From: a virus
Lineage: Duplodnaviria; Caudoviricetes
Virus record (IMG/VR): IMGVR_UViG_3300003894_000331
Location: 1-59,387 of that record
Direction: 5' to 3' (one strand)
DNA: 59,387 nucleotides
This document shows, in pieces, positions 48,801 through 56,489 of this stretch (positions are counted from its first letter, which is position 1; every line of letters starts with the position of its first letter). The position numbers were made by a program, and so were the translations under genes. Under the pieces are notes generated by a model, which was not told the DNA's origin, did not search any database, and saw nothing but the letters and a program-made list of their open reading frames with translations.

Positions 48801-51800
48801 AAATGAAGAGATATCATTCCATTTGATAGGAGTCCTGGACGGGTCATTATTCTTTATGATCTGAGTAACGAGCTCCATCACTGATACAAGGTTAGCATCT
48901 CCACCTACTTCACGGGCCATCTGTTGACGATTCATAGCACCAATAGCAAAGTCGAACTGGAAAACCTCCTCAAGTAGTTTATCTACTGCAGGATCATTCT
49001 GACTTCGACCTCTCTCCATAAGTGATACCTGTTCACTGTTGTTGTATCTTACAGGTTCATTCTTATATCCTCCCCTGTTAAGCTTATTGAGGAACTCATT
49101 TACAGTATCTCTGTTACCGGTAATGTAATTGATAACACCCCTCACCCAGTTAACGAAACGAGAAACTAATGATTTAGAACGAGCTTCTCTGATTCCTTCA
49201 TTAACCTCTGCAATAAACTCCTCTGCCATGTTATCTGAAATAGGCCCTTTAACACCTTTTAAGCGCATTTGGATCCTAGCATCGTCCGTAATCTTTTTGT
49301 AGCTCTCAGGAGAAACAAAGTGCTTCAGTGCAAAGTGTACGGCTTCATGTCTACCTACACCTCGTTGAGTAAGGTCATTCACTGTCTCAATAAACATTCT
49401 CATATTACCTACAGCACCATAAGCAGGTTTACCGTTAACTAATAGAGATGAGCTAAACTCAAGGTCATTCATTAAGAACTGTTTTCCGAATACAGCTTCC
49501 AGATAATACATTTGGTCAGCAAGCGGAACCATATCCTCAGTTCTCGTTTCCTTTGTAGCAGCAAGCCAATCTAATGGATTCCTATGATTACCAGAATTCT
49601 CATTATTAGAACCTGATGTATTCATGTCATCAATATGAGATGCACGAGTGTTAAACCTTACAGCATTCGTCTTAGCGTTACGAAGTATAGCACCATTAAC
49701 CCTGACAGCATTACCTTGTTCGATTCCTAGAACCTTAACTTTAATAGTAGGAAAGAACGCACCATTATCCACAAGCTTGTTGTACACATCCTTAAGATTA
49801 TCTACAATAGTTGTTGTACCACCAGAACTCTTGACATCGATATAACCGTTTGGTCTTTTCTTAAGAACATCCTCATAGTCACGGATAATATTACCGTTAC
49901 GATCTAAGAACAAGCTTCTATTGTAGTTAATGGCATGTGCCATGAATGATGAATTCAACTTCTCATTGAAGTATTTCATCTTAGCAGATTGATCTGCCTT
50001 AGTACCTTTACGACTCTCAGCTTCACGTGCTGCTTTACGAAGTTCTTTTAACTCTTCAGTGTTCTTTATGCTTACTTTTTCAGCTTCAGCCTCATTGATT
50101 TCGTTAATCCTTTGCCCTTTAATCTCTATAGGAACCCAACCAAAGTTAGGATCATCGATCCTTTTAGCATAAACAATGTCATTAACATAACCGTCACGTT
50201 TTACCTGGTCGACTATAATATCATCGCTCATTTCAGTAACAGAAGTATTATTCACACCTTTAAACGCTCCACCGTTGCTAACTATTCGCTCGAAGAAAAA
50301 AGTAAAATCATTCTCCTCCTTAAAGTTATATTGCATGTTAAGCTCAGTATCATCTCCAAACTGATGCTGTACAATTACATCGTAGAACTCAGCGAATGTG
50401 AACGTATCCCTTGTATCCTTATCATTAACAATCAATGTAGCAGAGGGCCAGTAATTAAGTATTGCATCTTGGTTAGTACTTCCTGATGCTCTTCCTAATG
50501 CATGATGATATAAAGCAGACAGGGCCATAACTGATGCTCCTTTTGCAGATTCTTTTTCGTACTGTACATTGTTAGGATCATAATCCTGAACACCTAACTG
50601 ATGTTTACTCTTCCTGTATAGTTCATTCTTATAAGCAGTCTCTTCTGCCGGTGACATTAATGGTTGATATAACACACCAACCGTTTCACCTCCACGCTCA
50701 ACAAGTATCACATTGTAATTCGTTTCGATCTCACCGTTATTAAGGTTATACAAATCGATTTCCTTATGGAATACAAGCTTAATGGTAGTATCTTCATTAT
50801 AGAACCTTTGTTTTAAAATGTTGTTATAATGCTTCTCGATACCGTGCTTTTCAACCATGGACACTGTTGCTTCATCAGCCACCATAACAGCAGATGAGAA
50901 TTTCAGTGTATTAGGAGCACTCACAATGTTTTCCTCGATTAAATCAGCTTCAGTATCTTCTGAGAATGTAAGGTCCACTTCTTCTTCAGGAGTATTCTCA
51001 ACAACATCCTCTACTACTTCAACTGAGTCAAATAGCTTCTCAATAGCTTTAACCCTCCTGGTAATAGCAGCTCTCTGTTGACCGTACACTTTATCATATT
51101 CGTTCTTCAGATCCCTGAGCTCCTGTAGTTCATTTACAAACTGGTCAGGGTTTACACGGTTAAGCTCTTCACCTTTTTTAGTTACTTTCTCATGCAGCAC
51201 ATAGAAAGGGCCTGTCTTAGCTGTTTGAGCAGCAGACTTACCAATCTTCTCAGGACGTGATATCGTTTCTCTTGGAGTAGTTATTGGTTCCTGGTTCTGT
51301 GAACCCATTGTTTCGATACGTGACTTCTGTAACTGAAATAGCTCACGTTCATTCTTTTCGTTGCTCTTAGCACCTTCACTACTTGTAACGGAGATATCGA
51401 TAATGTTATCACGCTTCGAGCTTTTATTTGGATCTCCCATAACAGAAACGAACTTCTTAGCTCTACCAACTGCTGTTTTGAAGATACGCAAGTTATGCAT
51501 GTCTGATGGAGCTTTCATAGCTACATAAACATACTTGAACTCTAACCCTTGTGCACTTGTGTTCGCATTTAAAGGATCATTAGGTTGTATGAATGATACA
51601 TTCTCAGGAGGAATATTGGTGTTCCTCTTCTTAAACTGTTCAGCATCACTCTCAGTAGCAAATATGATAACCCTGTCAGTCTTACCAAATCTGTCTACAT
51701 GGTCAACGTACATCTTCTCAAAGTCCTTTTGACTCTTATCACTGTACACATACACACCCTTAGTCATATCACCGTTATATCCTAAGTCAGCAGGTAGTTG

Positions 51801-54800
51801 TACAGTGTTGTCATACATCGTGGTCATACTTCTGGAAACAGAATTCTGTAAATCGGATATCTGTTTAACATCAGCACGGTGTACTTCATCAATCATTGGA
51901 GTACGATATGATAAGTGGTCAAGGATAATTCCGGCAGACACATCTGGATCTCCTCCAATATTATATTTTGGCTGTTGAGGATCCCCTAAAGCTATCAATG
52001 CACCTTTTTCCAAATGATTCTGGATAGCATTGTTCTGCTCAATAAATACAAGGCTTGCTTCATCAAGGAAAATAACTGTGTTATCATCTACAGTCACCCT
52101 GTCATTATCAAGCGCATCAGCAAAGTCCTTAATGGTATACCCTTTGTCATTCTTTACATTCTTAAGAGTCCCAATGTTTCTTTTCTGTGCTTCTACATTC
52201 TGCATGTTAGGACCTACATGAATAAATGTATGGTCGCTATTCTTATCGGCTACATTGTTATCGATCATCTTAGCAATAGTGCTTAGCACGAATGTAGTTT
52301 TACCGGCACCACCAGTTCCCTGTACTAAGAAAGCGTTCTTATGCAGTTTGAATGTTCTTGTGAATAACGGCCCATCTAAAGCTGTAAGTTCTTTAACCTC
52401 CTCTGAGTTGTAACCCATAGCCTTAAGCTCTCTCTTAAACTCAGGAACCTTGTTACTATTCGTCACATCTTCATTGGCTGCTCTGAGTACAATAAGATCA
52501 CGGCTAGCATTGATACCCATCATCACCTGCTTAATAGCATTCTCTTGCTGTATGGAGATTACTCTATCCCCGTCATCATAGTTACTTGTCTCGAATACGG
52601 AATGTAACTGATCGTAGAATTTATTGTTATCAAGATTAAGCAGCTCATTGAATAACTGAATATGCCTGTCTACAGCTTTATGAGCGACCACTCTTGCCAC
52701 TTTCTTCACTTCAGGAAGGTTTTCCTTCTCTGATAGCTCAACGGCTTTCTGATAAAGCGAGAATGGCTCTGACATATTAAACACTAACTTATGCTTACCA
52801 TACTCAAGCTGTCCTACATCAAAATCAAACTCAGAAATACTCTGACCGTCTTTATTATTGTTGTAGTCATATGTCTCTCCAGTGTGGTGCTTGAAGTTAA
52901 TGCCTAGATCCACAACCTGCTTTTTAATAAACATCTCACCGTCCTTATTGTCTAAGGCTTTATGAATGTCAGTCTTGAGGTTGTTGAGAGTTTTCTCCAT
53001 TGATATGATATCATCCTCTTCCCACTTGTTCTCCATAAGAGCGTTCATCCTGGCAACTTTTGCCTCTTCATAGAGTGTGAGCATAGCATTCCTTGTCTTA
53101 TCATCGATAAGTTCTGTTGGAGGTAGCTTACTGATTATTGCTGCTTGGTTATGGATATGGAGTATTCTCCTGCGTTGATCACGCTTTTTCAATGACGCAC
53201 TTTCCCGGGATGTCTTTTCGTACATCTGCTCAAGTGTAAGATCACCCTCCTGAGTACCGTTGACAGCTTCATCGATATACTTCCCGATTTTGTTTATCTG
53301 GCCGTCAGTAAGGATATCACCTTTATTCGAAATGGTAACTCCATTGTAATTCCTTTCAATGCTTTCTACTTGGTCTGAATAGGTAGTTCTATAGTTAGTT
53401 CCATCGATCTCCCTATCTACTACAGGATAGTTCTCATCAGTCCTGTTAGCACCACGTTTATTATCAAGATATAATCTAACAGCAGCTAAGTTGTTAAAGG
53501 CAGTCTCGATAACATTGGCATTAGCTTCCTCAGTGAGAATACTAGGATTCTCCTTATAAGCTTTACGAATATCTTTTAGCTTCTGAACCGCATCGAAATA
53601 AATAGCATTGGCTACTCTCTCCTCGTATGGCTTAGTTTGATCGGCAGCAGCTTTCTTATCTCTACGATAGTTTTTAAGGTTAGACAGCTCATTATCAATC
53701 TGAGTAGAGAATGCACTTATAGCTCCAAACTTATCACGAGTTGCCTGGCTAACTGATTTACCCTCTTCTCTAAAGTTGAACTTTGATAAGTCTCCGTTCT
53801 CGAAAAGAATATCAGCCATAGCAAGAACATCATTGATAGAACTTTCTATACTCTTAAGTGCTTTCTGATAATTATCGGACTCATACGCAAAGACTCCACC
53901 AGCTTCATTCTTACCTTCAAATGTTCTAATCTCTTCAATCTGAGCATCAAGGTCATTAATAATATCCAATGACTGTGATACCATATTCTCAAACTTCTCA
54001 AGGCCACCCTCGTCCATAAGGTCTCCTGGAGATACTCCCGCTACTTCCTGAAGAGTACTTTGATCAAATGCTTCAGTAAACTTCTCTCCGAACATACTAC
54101 CGAGATTTACCTTACCTGAAGATACTGCTTCATCGAAGTTAACCAAACCTATTGCATCATTGGCGTTATTATAAAAAGCCGCTGCTGTCATAATAGCCTG
54201 CATCTTATTGGCCCATTCACCCTCAGTAGCTTTAGAGTGCTGCATCATATCAGCAAACATGTTGTACTGGAATACCTTTTTACGCATGTACTCAGAAGTA
54301 CCGAAATCAGTTATTTCAGTCTTAAACTTAATACTCTCATCAAGCTTAGCTATTTTCTTCTCAAGGTCCTCCTGATTATATGTCTTACCATCGTATTCAA
54401 TCTCCTCAGTATTCTCTGCTTGGTCTATTGCATTACGAATGTCAGCTATCTGACTCATCTCAATCATTGATTCTTTCATGGCTTCCTCGCCACCAATAGC
54501 ATTGAGAACATCAGTATTGTCATAACCGTTCCTGGTAATGAACTGCTTGTATGCATTGATACGTGCTCTTACAGCATTTGCCATATCCTGAGCAACTGAC
54601 TGAGTAGGATCTGATACTGCTTGTCCTTGTGAATTCTGTCCACGAAGATATCCGCTTTCCTTTTGAACCCACTTTGTTAATCCTTTATCGAAACTCTTCT
54701 GAGCATTACGATTCTTAATCTCATTAAGGGCCTGTTGAGCTTCATTGAACTGTTGAACCCTTTTGTTACGGACACCCATTGTATTGGTTGCACCTCCCAT

Positions 54801-56486
54801 ACCAAGTGTAGCAGCAGTAGTAATTGCTGCCATTGCTCCCTCAGATGTGTTGAATGTAGGATCATAAGTCTTAAGGCTACCATCAAGGATACCTCTTGCA
54901 CGAACCAAGTCCTTCTGGATAGCTTCATATTCTCCTGCAGTCAATCCTATAATTTGACCATCAGGCATTGTCATCACATGTTCGATACCGGGACCAAATA
55001 TAGGAATGGTAGTTCCTCTATCATCTTTTCTACCCATACGGTTACGATAAGCCTGATCTAACCTCTCAAACTTAACACCACGATAACTCCTGTCCATCTC
55101 ATCAGCAGCATTATACAGAATTGAGTTCTCCCAGTTTTGTGTAGCATAATGGAGACCACCTTCAATAAGTTCCTCGATACCCTCTTCAATAGCACCTACG
55201 CCAATACGAGTACCCATGTTTTTATCAGCAAACTCCCTTAATCCTACATAATACTTTTGCCAAAATGTTTTCTTAATAGCATCAAGCTCATTGGCACCAA
55301 TCTTTGCGATATCTCGACCATCAAGACTTTTTGCAAAGGTCTCTCTCATCATTTGCCTGGCTTGTCTACCATAACCTCTTTGAATAACGTTGGCACCGAT
55401 AACCATCTCTGACATCAGTGTACCGGCACTTGCTTTAAAGAACATCCTAGCAGCATCCTCTTCAGATAAACCTAAGTCCTTTGCTTCTTCATATAACCCT
55501 GAACCACCTTCAACAGCACCAAGTAGCAGACCTGCTGCCTCACCTAATTGAGCAGCCTTTGCAATACCAAGTGCGCTTGCTGTCATACCGGTAGCATATG
55601 AAGTTAATATCATACTTGAGAGCTGTGTGATACCATTACCGAAACTCCATAGGAATGCGCTCCAGTTACCAAATGGATCCTGAGCTTCATCTAAGTTCTG
55701 ACCGGTGTAATAGTTTCCAAAGTTCATAAGCTTGTGACCTACTAAGTCAGTCCACTTATTATCATCATTAGCATCCCCGAAGATATCACCTACTGACTCT
55801 ACAAGGCTACCAACACCTTTAGGCATTAAAGCAACACCTGCAACAGCACCTCTACCAAGAGAGCTGAATATATTATCCGAAGTAACTTCTGTAGGGCCAA
55901 AAGCTGAGAGCATTTCCATACCATTGATGTAGTCTTTGCTTGACACTTCCTGGAAGTATGGATAATCTTTATCATTCTTTAAAACAAGGTAATGGTCTGG
56001 ACGCTTATGGTCCATAGGAACTGTTCTTCCCTCGATATCAACTATAGTTCCTCTTAAGTATGCTAACTGCTGTCCTGTAATGATAGGCTCTGAACGTCCT
56101 CCCATATCAAAATTAGTCGGGAGCTCACGTGTAATACCTGTACCTATATACTGAGGATCAATTCCTGCATACGCATCACCAACATTCTCTTTGTACTTAT
56201 CATACTCAAGCTTAGTGTTGATGAGATCCTGATACAAGTTCTCCATGTACTGAACACCTTCAGGAGTATCTGCCAAGTTTGGGTTCTTCTGTAATAGATC
56301 CGCAAACACTTCCTCTTTAGGTTCAAGAATCATAGTGGCATTATACGCACCCTCTGTTTGTGCAAGAGTCCTGAAATCAGCTCCATTACTCATTAACCCA
56401 TAAAAGTTAAACTCTTTAGGCTGTTGTGCTTGTGCCCCATTCTGAGGCTTGCCGTCACCGCTAGGTATATTTTGGTTTTCTGCCAT
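36834..56486 (-). CDS. Giant virion polyprotein (6550 aa): ejection-type N-terminus, SF1 helicase, zincin, two-barrel virion RNA polymerase, SLOG-like insert, second zincin
   Basis: GTGGAGKT (52296-52319), LDEAS, LGDPQQ, SAQGLEF, TAVGRAK; HEAVH (49335-49349) plus EEFIAE; TDG...K...K and RIPS...SDYDID (44418-44432), VDNPK; HEMAH (40842-40856). Confidence 0.88.
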   Translation of the reverse strand: MAENQNIPSGDGKPQNGAQAQQPKEFNFYGLMSNGADFRTLAQTEGAYNATMILEPKEEVFADLLQKNPNLADTPEGVQYMENLYQDLINTKLEYDKYKENVGDAYAGIDPQYIGTGITRELPTNFDMGGRSEPIITGQQLAYLRGTIVDIEGRTVPMDHKRPDHYLVLKNDKDYPYFQEVSSKDYINGMEMLSAFGPTEVTSDNIFSSLGRGAVAGVALMPKGVGSLVESVGDIFGDANDDNKWTDLVGHKLMNFGNYYTGQNLDEAQDPFGNWSAFLWSFGNGITQLSSMILTSYATGMTASALGIAKAAQLGEAAGLLLGAVEGGSGLYEEAKDLGLSEEDAARMFFKASAGTLMSEMVIGANVIQRGYGRQARQMMRETFAKSLDGRDIAKIGANELDAIKKTFWQKYYVGLREFADKNMGTRIGVGAIEEGIEELIEGGLHYATQNWENSILYNAADEMDRSYRGVKFERLDQAYRNRMGRKDDRGTTIPIFGPGIEHVMTMPDGQIIGLTAGEYEAIQKDLVRARGILDGSLKTYDPTFNTSEGAMAAITTAATLGMGGATNTMGVRNKRVQQFNEAQQALNEIKNRNAQKSFDKGLTKWVQKESGYLRGQNSQGQAVSDPTQSVAQDMANAVRARINAYKQFITRNGYDNTDVLNAIGGEEAMKESMIEMSQIADIRNAIDQAENTEEIEYDGKTYNQEDLEKKIAKLDESIKFKTEITDFGTSEYMRKKVFQYNMFADMMQHSKATEGEWANKMQAIMTAAAFYNNANDAIGLVNFDEAVSSGKVNLGSMFGEKFTEAFDQSTLQEVAGVSPGDLMDEGGLEKFENMVSQSLDIINDLDAQIEEIRTFEGKNEAGGVFAYESDNYQKALKSIESSINDVLAMADILFENGDLSKFNFREEGKSVSQATRDKFGAISAFSTQIDNELSNLKNYRRDKKAAADQTKPYEERVANAIYFDAVQKLKDIRKAYKENPSILTEEANANVIETAFNNLAAVRLYLDNKRGANRTDENYPVVDREIDGTNYRTTYSDQVESIERNYNGVTISNKGDILTDGQINKIGKYIDEAVNGTQEGDLTLEQMYEKTSRESASLKKRDQRRRILHIHNQAAIISKLPPTELIDDKTRNAMLTLYEEAKVARMNALMENKWEEDDIISMEKTLNNLKTDIHKALDNKDGEMFIKKQVVDLGINFKHHTGETYDYNNNKDGQSISEFDFDVGQLEYGKHKLVFNMSEPFSLYQKAVELSEKENLPEVKKVARVVAHKAVDRHIQLFNELLNLDNNKFYDQLHSVFETSNYDDGDRVISIQQENAIKQVMMGINASRDLIVLRAANEDVTNSNKVPEFKRELKAMGYNSEEVKELTALDGPLFTRTFKLHKNAFLVQGTGGAGKTTFVLSTIAKMIDNNVADKNSDHTFIHVGPNMQNVEAQKRNIGTLKNVKNDKGYTIKDFADALDNDRVTVDDNTVIFLDEASLVFIEQNNAIQNHLEKGALIALGDPQQPKYNIGGDPDVSAGIILDHLSYRTPMIDEVHRADVKQISDLQNSVSRSMTTMYDNTVQLPADLGYNGDMTKGVYVYSDKSQKDFEKMYVDHVDRFGKTDRVIIFATESDAEQFKKRNTNIPPENVSFIQPNDPLNANTSAQGLEFKYVYVAMKAPSDMHNLRIFKTAVGRAKKFVSVMGDPNKSSKRDNIIDISVTSSEGAKSNEKNERELFQLQKSRIETMGSQNQEPITTPRETISRPEKIGKSAAQTAKTGPFYVLHEKVTKKGEELNRVNPDQFVNELQELRDLKNEYDKVYGQQRAAITRRVKAIEKLFDSVEVVEDVVENTPEEEVDLTFSEDTEADLIEENIVSAPNTLKFSSAVMVADEATVSMVEKHGIEKHYNNILKQRFYNEDTTIKLVFHKEIDLYNLNNGEIETNYNVILVERGGETVGVLYQPLMSPAEETAYKNELYRKSKHQLGVQDYDPNNVQYEKESAKGASVMALSALYHHALGRASGSTNQDAILNYWPSATLIVNDKDTRDTFTFAEFYDVIVQHQFGDDTELNMQYNFKEENDFTFFFERIVSNGGAFKGVNNTSVTEMSDDIIVDQVKRDGYVNDIVYAKRIDDPNFGWVPIEIKGQRINEINEAEAEKVSIKNTEELKELRKAAREAESRKGTKADQSAKMKYFNEKLNSSFMAHAINYNRSLFLDRNGNIIRDYEDVLKKRPNGYIDVKSSGGTTTIVDNLKDVYNKLVDNGAFFPTIKVKVLGIEQGNAVRVNGAILRNAKTNAVRFNTRASHIDDMNTSGSNNENSGNHRNPLDWLAATKETRTEDMVPLADQMYYLEAVFGKQFLMNDLEFSSSLLVNGKPAYGAVGNMRMFIETVNDLTQRGVGRHEAVHFALKHFVSPESYKKITDDARIQMRLKGVKGPISDNMAEEFIAEVNEGIREARSKSLVSRFVNWVRGVINYITGNRDTVNEFLNKLNRGGYKNEPVRYNNSEQVSLMERGRSQNDPAVDKLLEEVFQFDFAIGAMNRQQMAREVGGDANLVSVMELVTQIIKNNDPSRTPIKWNDISSFDQYYDVITEGLNMVAAQNDLIKGQKDVTYAKNKTQRLVHLSKKIADNTLFKESLMAVMLPTINFNENTVESSSNEVMRDDFNAKSLEQKTSAILNNELNSIHFKRVKVVNKSIKLVPGTPQNASGSKLKAVLIEVFKDYGTNGDNGVDPVTRAFKIMHDYIKSSKSDGTNENANMLASFLLDLGYLRINKNGSLVTGLQQGITDDTLLKPYHYYKFQNAILKQLGYNDNSILMDEISTEGTLANKVKNKSAYASDILNAFASLYVSAQVADYVSVEHKRDEDGSWFQSKKRNNTNVEEQKRIFNSALVSRFFAEEGLRNNAETLVLPANKTDKKPSRTLSVEGNSISIHYNKGKKVEAIRYNENKGTFEWVGGKDQKLLNDLFRAMGIYVTSSTRNAILGINYSSKIGIDQIADGFGAIAYTLRSYFEQDTNNHYKNAVEKFANKHRLDPIRMSELLDPEDTIEDANIHIESFYDYTSALATVETEMNIINARGYTYTPEGKAVNQAMLGSHLSRMFTSSGTGQEALMNFYSDALKNTNNFNNPFTVDGTVIEPILNGKINVVKLHYTSGIEDKFTPHDIKHLTEADMINHMVYGHWLTSVLRNNQEQVLRLSTTTMSDSGFFPVFDVTFGKDVSSRLFDVTKVDGNIKKVTMNNEVLANMFDDKFKVYFKKAAISINKWTGIDVYTGETTGAGIVSNVTDIGKYSTPVERAEYLINAINEHLSGVNKMSASNTNLHKLSKAGMVRNVDYTVEKAGERYYIRIGKNTEMSYETEANIYATESPFTLQNYKGWMKLKDNDQKADYIDVIMDDRLRLHTNMIKESANLQPRSVDISGWNNRMSKMLEKPVKIIPNVQKSVEYNPLHRAFVYSYFLFNDSLVNTVMGNEFQSEDARKLAKYAKTMVGQGYVANTDDLVTPVFTVGPTFNVARMVDQSAVSSHYKEMLGIKDEYMFTDGTMLTHRLFTHFLNKAYGGNASYMNQNDNTMKTIATGIDPNTGLGQYKKSANVTLNDDFYAHNPELYNSLTKLMLQGNHSKAEFPQIEGVETNLWNKYQEYVEDNTPTEAMSMLAEYVENVRIVHGVDLLQGTIARIEFVSTAKMHSPNVNYMSWDKFIKGDDIRIDTQRTQDELFVLNANQSITERRVTDLSQIKLISNINSRNGATISNIDSFITEKLFMNIKDEFGVNDLDKFSEAFRGLGSDIVDKIKGASSLNDLLNIPELSINIPTVMNKLWPTFMKRLQNAVDFKVPGLKMVQAAGDMFIKYYDIETENGTIRATMEDIERGLFKITDKTTSSPLKHTRIDQENEGIIPAEVAMPFVYAEEFGISRQNRHTLNEILNFVVGGKNINLRAYLKNELGNEYYTNKEAVKTELSKFINDNFNKFDDKSFFKNLGTIQFEDAKALTKYYSAFLDTLDVFAARIPSTSKGLAFAGEVTSFTYDSGTTVYVSSEKILFDDSDYDIDQLTVLFRGITTSGNSPVAPSVTNNRFQDQSIGALMNKKFDLLYNDWVDYKQKDHIFIRLNVNDAVERAETKQKNEVLLNNDFSTNIKNFIASHTGKQMVSVFANMIHVYSKLNQLTESQRKQFLSEDMQFNNEGTFQVEDKVHYIIDTLGELLQISVDNPKLMILDMLNINTESGSFIAALAMSGKSKNEIYDMLASNKVQDIFRKAHNGRSIGSTAFDQFDYVEKIIRKYETKDDAVYDAMRKNRVDRLARMMTKYQEQKEAGHKLIQLYDDGSNGTIKTEEITDFLENKRGFDKITKLISGSDTAFDEFLDNFVTDLVEREVITMTDDKYVHKGREYNEAEIKEIVRKDYVFNSRTFDKYAENALVDIDDKIEATRQELSELTDENSDSYIEKIRKDTETNLSEYREIYNMMIVGESIRRVVPILRLNKNIPSSQYELYDFIERTEFATGTTLENLVNKKEESNYEWRDKGNHLLKESVFQQWSNTSQAEINNYVNQLLDGLIDSGVADKISIRTTGESGFDQAIANAFANKGINVTVYYEKGKRFTNEAKMNVYDSSGTTRSSDRYKGLRPKNNFNEVETDDKSLLSLWHTITKKDGLSRRERDIDAQFVFNPFNQGLYAKVHAIHGKNSIHASSGVADPTEEAIERVVGDITARVEEIEKSKSTLGRDGKIEIAITGPNISLFRSQRQSPYNAWMTRENAIRSKFKNLPDMLRSFRNIKTYLTMIKYANDNMRHFVWNGNAMDHIENQYTDMQKKSRLSNGEYVALRNQLQNAYVDEFFTRTSDEDFTSIDLTRFNGESVQGAYGVNITNSAAENINLNNYTQSLYFTFEFPQYIMAVKENGMAKDPDGSINKFLDSLIIDNGSLIVRDHNTLTDAELSVISESFKLLDDKTKKLFFAYNLLRSGFNAGGYFSLTNFIGNFMAKELGTFIDSVSEDPSFILNVRSNFVGNAVINDSNLYRYFTKRANDTYVPPEISMVYKKIDSGIFGRNRQTTVPGRYLRTVDGRAKYEQMYNQVSGYMKRLPTRFVTNSNEETTRFSDVGNLREWMDDHATTIRYAYKHTFRGLIVHKKKAEVPANLIRINTEYAQFRKTFNSITITKTSQKEYEETAKSKVASEPVASRDIGKRRAMSANTLEELVKNTSFSRGAVIVNNKTTKYPGLKGYIENGTIHYNSDLVTMDTYFHEMAHVYLWDGAGYEVIGIAENMINNNDPLAVRIAHNYPALDKKALVYEVAATLMGFNSESKIDALLSGKKPSVRQRILKAIRNAWNDIISYINMLFGTDIKIDPNDTIGRVVDKMIKNVRSGKFDPTKNDISALQNKYNSYLAASKPITDIQDMADAMLLKDSKLTVDEYVMERHANNLWNRIKRRKNKKLYADGVTYNFEPYVTNNDKEGAIRVMVEKYLPKLYKDGAKVSKNVFRWLRNTADGGKADVHTVSSYFKLGGKENDTKFKETLVKFSENIGWNSNSVSYTPTQFTKKYPTLKDSIPPGVENDTRIIVHRSVMTSSGDVTSMDISLVKVFPSKVNFGNVGLRGGLISSNYMSDVEGSALGVNMKATLANVEKLKMAMTVMQMKQIAGDRVNIRAIGLSEMDDVSGSITYTQVNLIQALKNLQALSGNEEFKESLSPQLRGLITSPDVFRYEKYSPDYFEVLLSMFSDSNYKRANDPSIKGIVSQLSDVVSGRGNVKKLLESLRLYKHSLDRLMSSDITKHLVDENEYQTISNALFEFNTMIDVSEKNIKEPGIYRSFLMNQADQGNRIIQSFYNSMRNELGIISGLFAKEQQILSDETEKIMKMHNKKNPSQKIVERMVDASENYFDKFFIYEEIDGESVNTFRIHHDINDPLTKQAIGNGTLSQEEFEYSQFIAEKVEEYMINLIRAKFKYSFAVFKDGSFNEKKLESMTMKYYNDHWEKGRIPLLRKGTSTYLKEGKVLQAMRKFSYQTSNPEQVFQDVLVDDHTTLDESVNSVFLNQVGGEGTSAFGDDKRLANIGLEDVDGNIIVKDIKNNTIYTKNLFNIAKYMAMDSISKPILEDRLLPAYREAKIAADTVKMFSDTDKGRVAKHLRVMFEKNVLGRHQKHFKDSKLSDNIEGFGRMMIRITTFNGVALSIPVAVTSLTANTFESIMNSVAVNISGANPYDLFNFKNWASAVKEYTVNFKKVRKIMEYYQVIESDRWDYLVNPRYDVTFRSPWHSNAAHFMNRWTDLSMRAMAAVAQMKHDGTWDAHSLNEKGEVVYNASKDTRINNYQSDKKQAELRNWLVESLSQDERVMDQQKDKLAPVRAYDVQDQRRLEHVGSQFVVGVYNKEASINGDSYFFANLVLQFKKFMTTKIGERLGSKIEAFEGGKKVIREDEEGNFVRAWQTYEKEGSWVTASKILLKSTPFVANVLSKYEWVNQTRSIWQWQNMSELEKYNLVRASLDLLFIATAYFAYTGLSSLAESEDEDNWALRYRRIWRAMTEGMQTAILTSPGYMMSMFTALPVVNMAKSVFNVIMLREPEKNLSHVLPLGSTVKLGNDIINETKE

Positions 56487-56489
56487 AGT

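Noticed and set aside
36834-56486. Intein or intron in the giant ORF
   Set aside because: No C/S...HN-C/S/T splice pattern with LAGLIDADG blocks recognised, and no frame interruption.
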